Shown here: positions 63,327 to 64,000 of the stretch, one piece after another
Position numbering within the stretch: the stretch's first letter is position 1
Layout of the letters: every line of letters starts with the position of its first letter
Origin: Podarcis filfolensis
Taxonomy: Eukaryota
NCBI GenBank assembly: GCA_964270895.1
Contig: OZ185440.1
Reading direction: 5' to 3' (one strand)
Length of the DNA stretch: 64,000 nucleotides
Notes under the pieces: model-generated
What the model saw: the letters and a program-made list of their open reading frames with translations, nothing else
Database searches by the model: none
What the model was told of the DNA's origin: nothing
Made by a program: the position numbers and the translations under genes

Positions 63327-64000
63327 AGATTAATTCTGTCCAAGATAATTCTAAGCTGTGTGACCACATAATGTAAACAAGAGTTCTACATGGGCAGACT
63401 GAATTGAAATATGTTTGTTTGTTTTTTAAAGGGAATGGACAAAAATCGGGGGGAGGGGGGGAGAAAGCCACTAAAGAGAAGAGACAGGTACTTGAGAAAA
63501 GAGGCAGCTCTGTGTTTAAATGAATGTAGTGTGTGTGTTTATATAGGAGTCAGTAGATAACACAGTCAGTGGTGCTGTCAAAGCCAGACTTCAGGGCAGA
63601 TTTCCAGGGCACACAATGAGTGGGAGAGTCCCCAAACAGGGATAACTTAGGTCTTACAGCTTCTTGAAGGAAGCAATAACCTTTACTGATGAAACAGGAA
63701 ATGGGTCTCCATAAGATCATTGACTTTGTGCTGTTAGTCCAGTCTAACATTACCTAACTGTACCACTGATCTCAGTGACTAGTCGATAAAGAAACAGGTG
63801 GATAGGAAATGAGCTATGGAAGAAACTTCTCTATTTATCATTGCCTTCCTACATAGGAGGTGAACCCTGACGTCACAGGGGCATTCTCATGTAATACAAT
63901 CTCTCAAAGCAAAAGGATTGTGTACTTTTGAAGTGTCTGCCATTGATACAGGGTCATGCAAGTGCATTAATTACTCCTCTGAAATGGCCAGCCATTACAA

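Noticed and set aside
101-63750. The many 60-170 aa ORFs in the supplied track
   Set aside because: Apart from those overlapping real NFASC exons (2200, 4682, 12551, 24825, 29343, 38213, 41267, 45899) and the 9324 ORF discussed as a candidate, they have no recognisable domains. Many are low-complexity or repeat-derived, and they occur at the density expected by chance in intronic DNA.

Overview
This is eukaryotic (vertebrate) genomic DNA. The Sauria/Squam-type SINEs point to a squamate, most likely a lacertid lizard. The window holds the 3' half of the neurofascin gene (NFASC, L1-family cell adhesion molecule) on the + strand. I read 12 coding exons by hand: FNIII-3 (2 exons, NF155-type), FNIII-4 (2 exons), a 15-nt microexon, the mucin-like PAT exon, FNIII-5 (2 exons), the transmembrane exon, a cytoplasmic exon, the 12-nt RSLE microexon, and the terminal exon (FIGQY ... 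YSLA-stop at 49753). A probable long 3' UTR (to about 57.2 kb), intergenic DNA and one assembly gap (61100-61295) follow. Nearly all entries in the supplied ORF track are chance ORFs or exon read-throughs. I found no prokaryotic-type system and nothing I can call a proven new biological system. The best leads are: (i) a Penelope-like retroelement remnant in the last intron whose inverted arms each carry a decayed minimal hammerhead-ribozyme motif; (ii) a candidate unannotated in-frame 66-nt cassette exon at 9478-9543; (iii) a readable splicing code (QKI, RBFOX, SRRM4-type UGC, NOVA-type YCAY) around the NF155/NF186 alternative exons; and (iv) four acceptors that share the unusual TGAAG ending. 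Repeat family names come from recognising motifs from memory, not from database searches.
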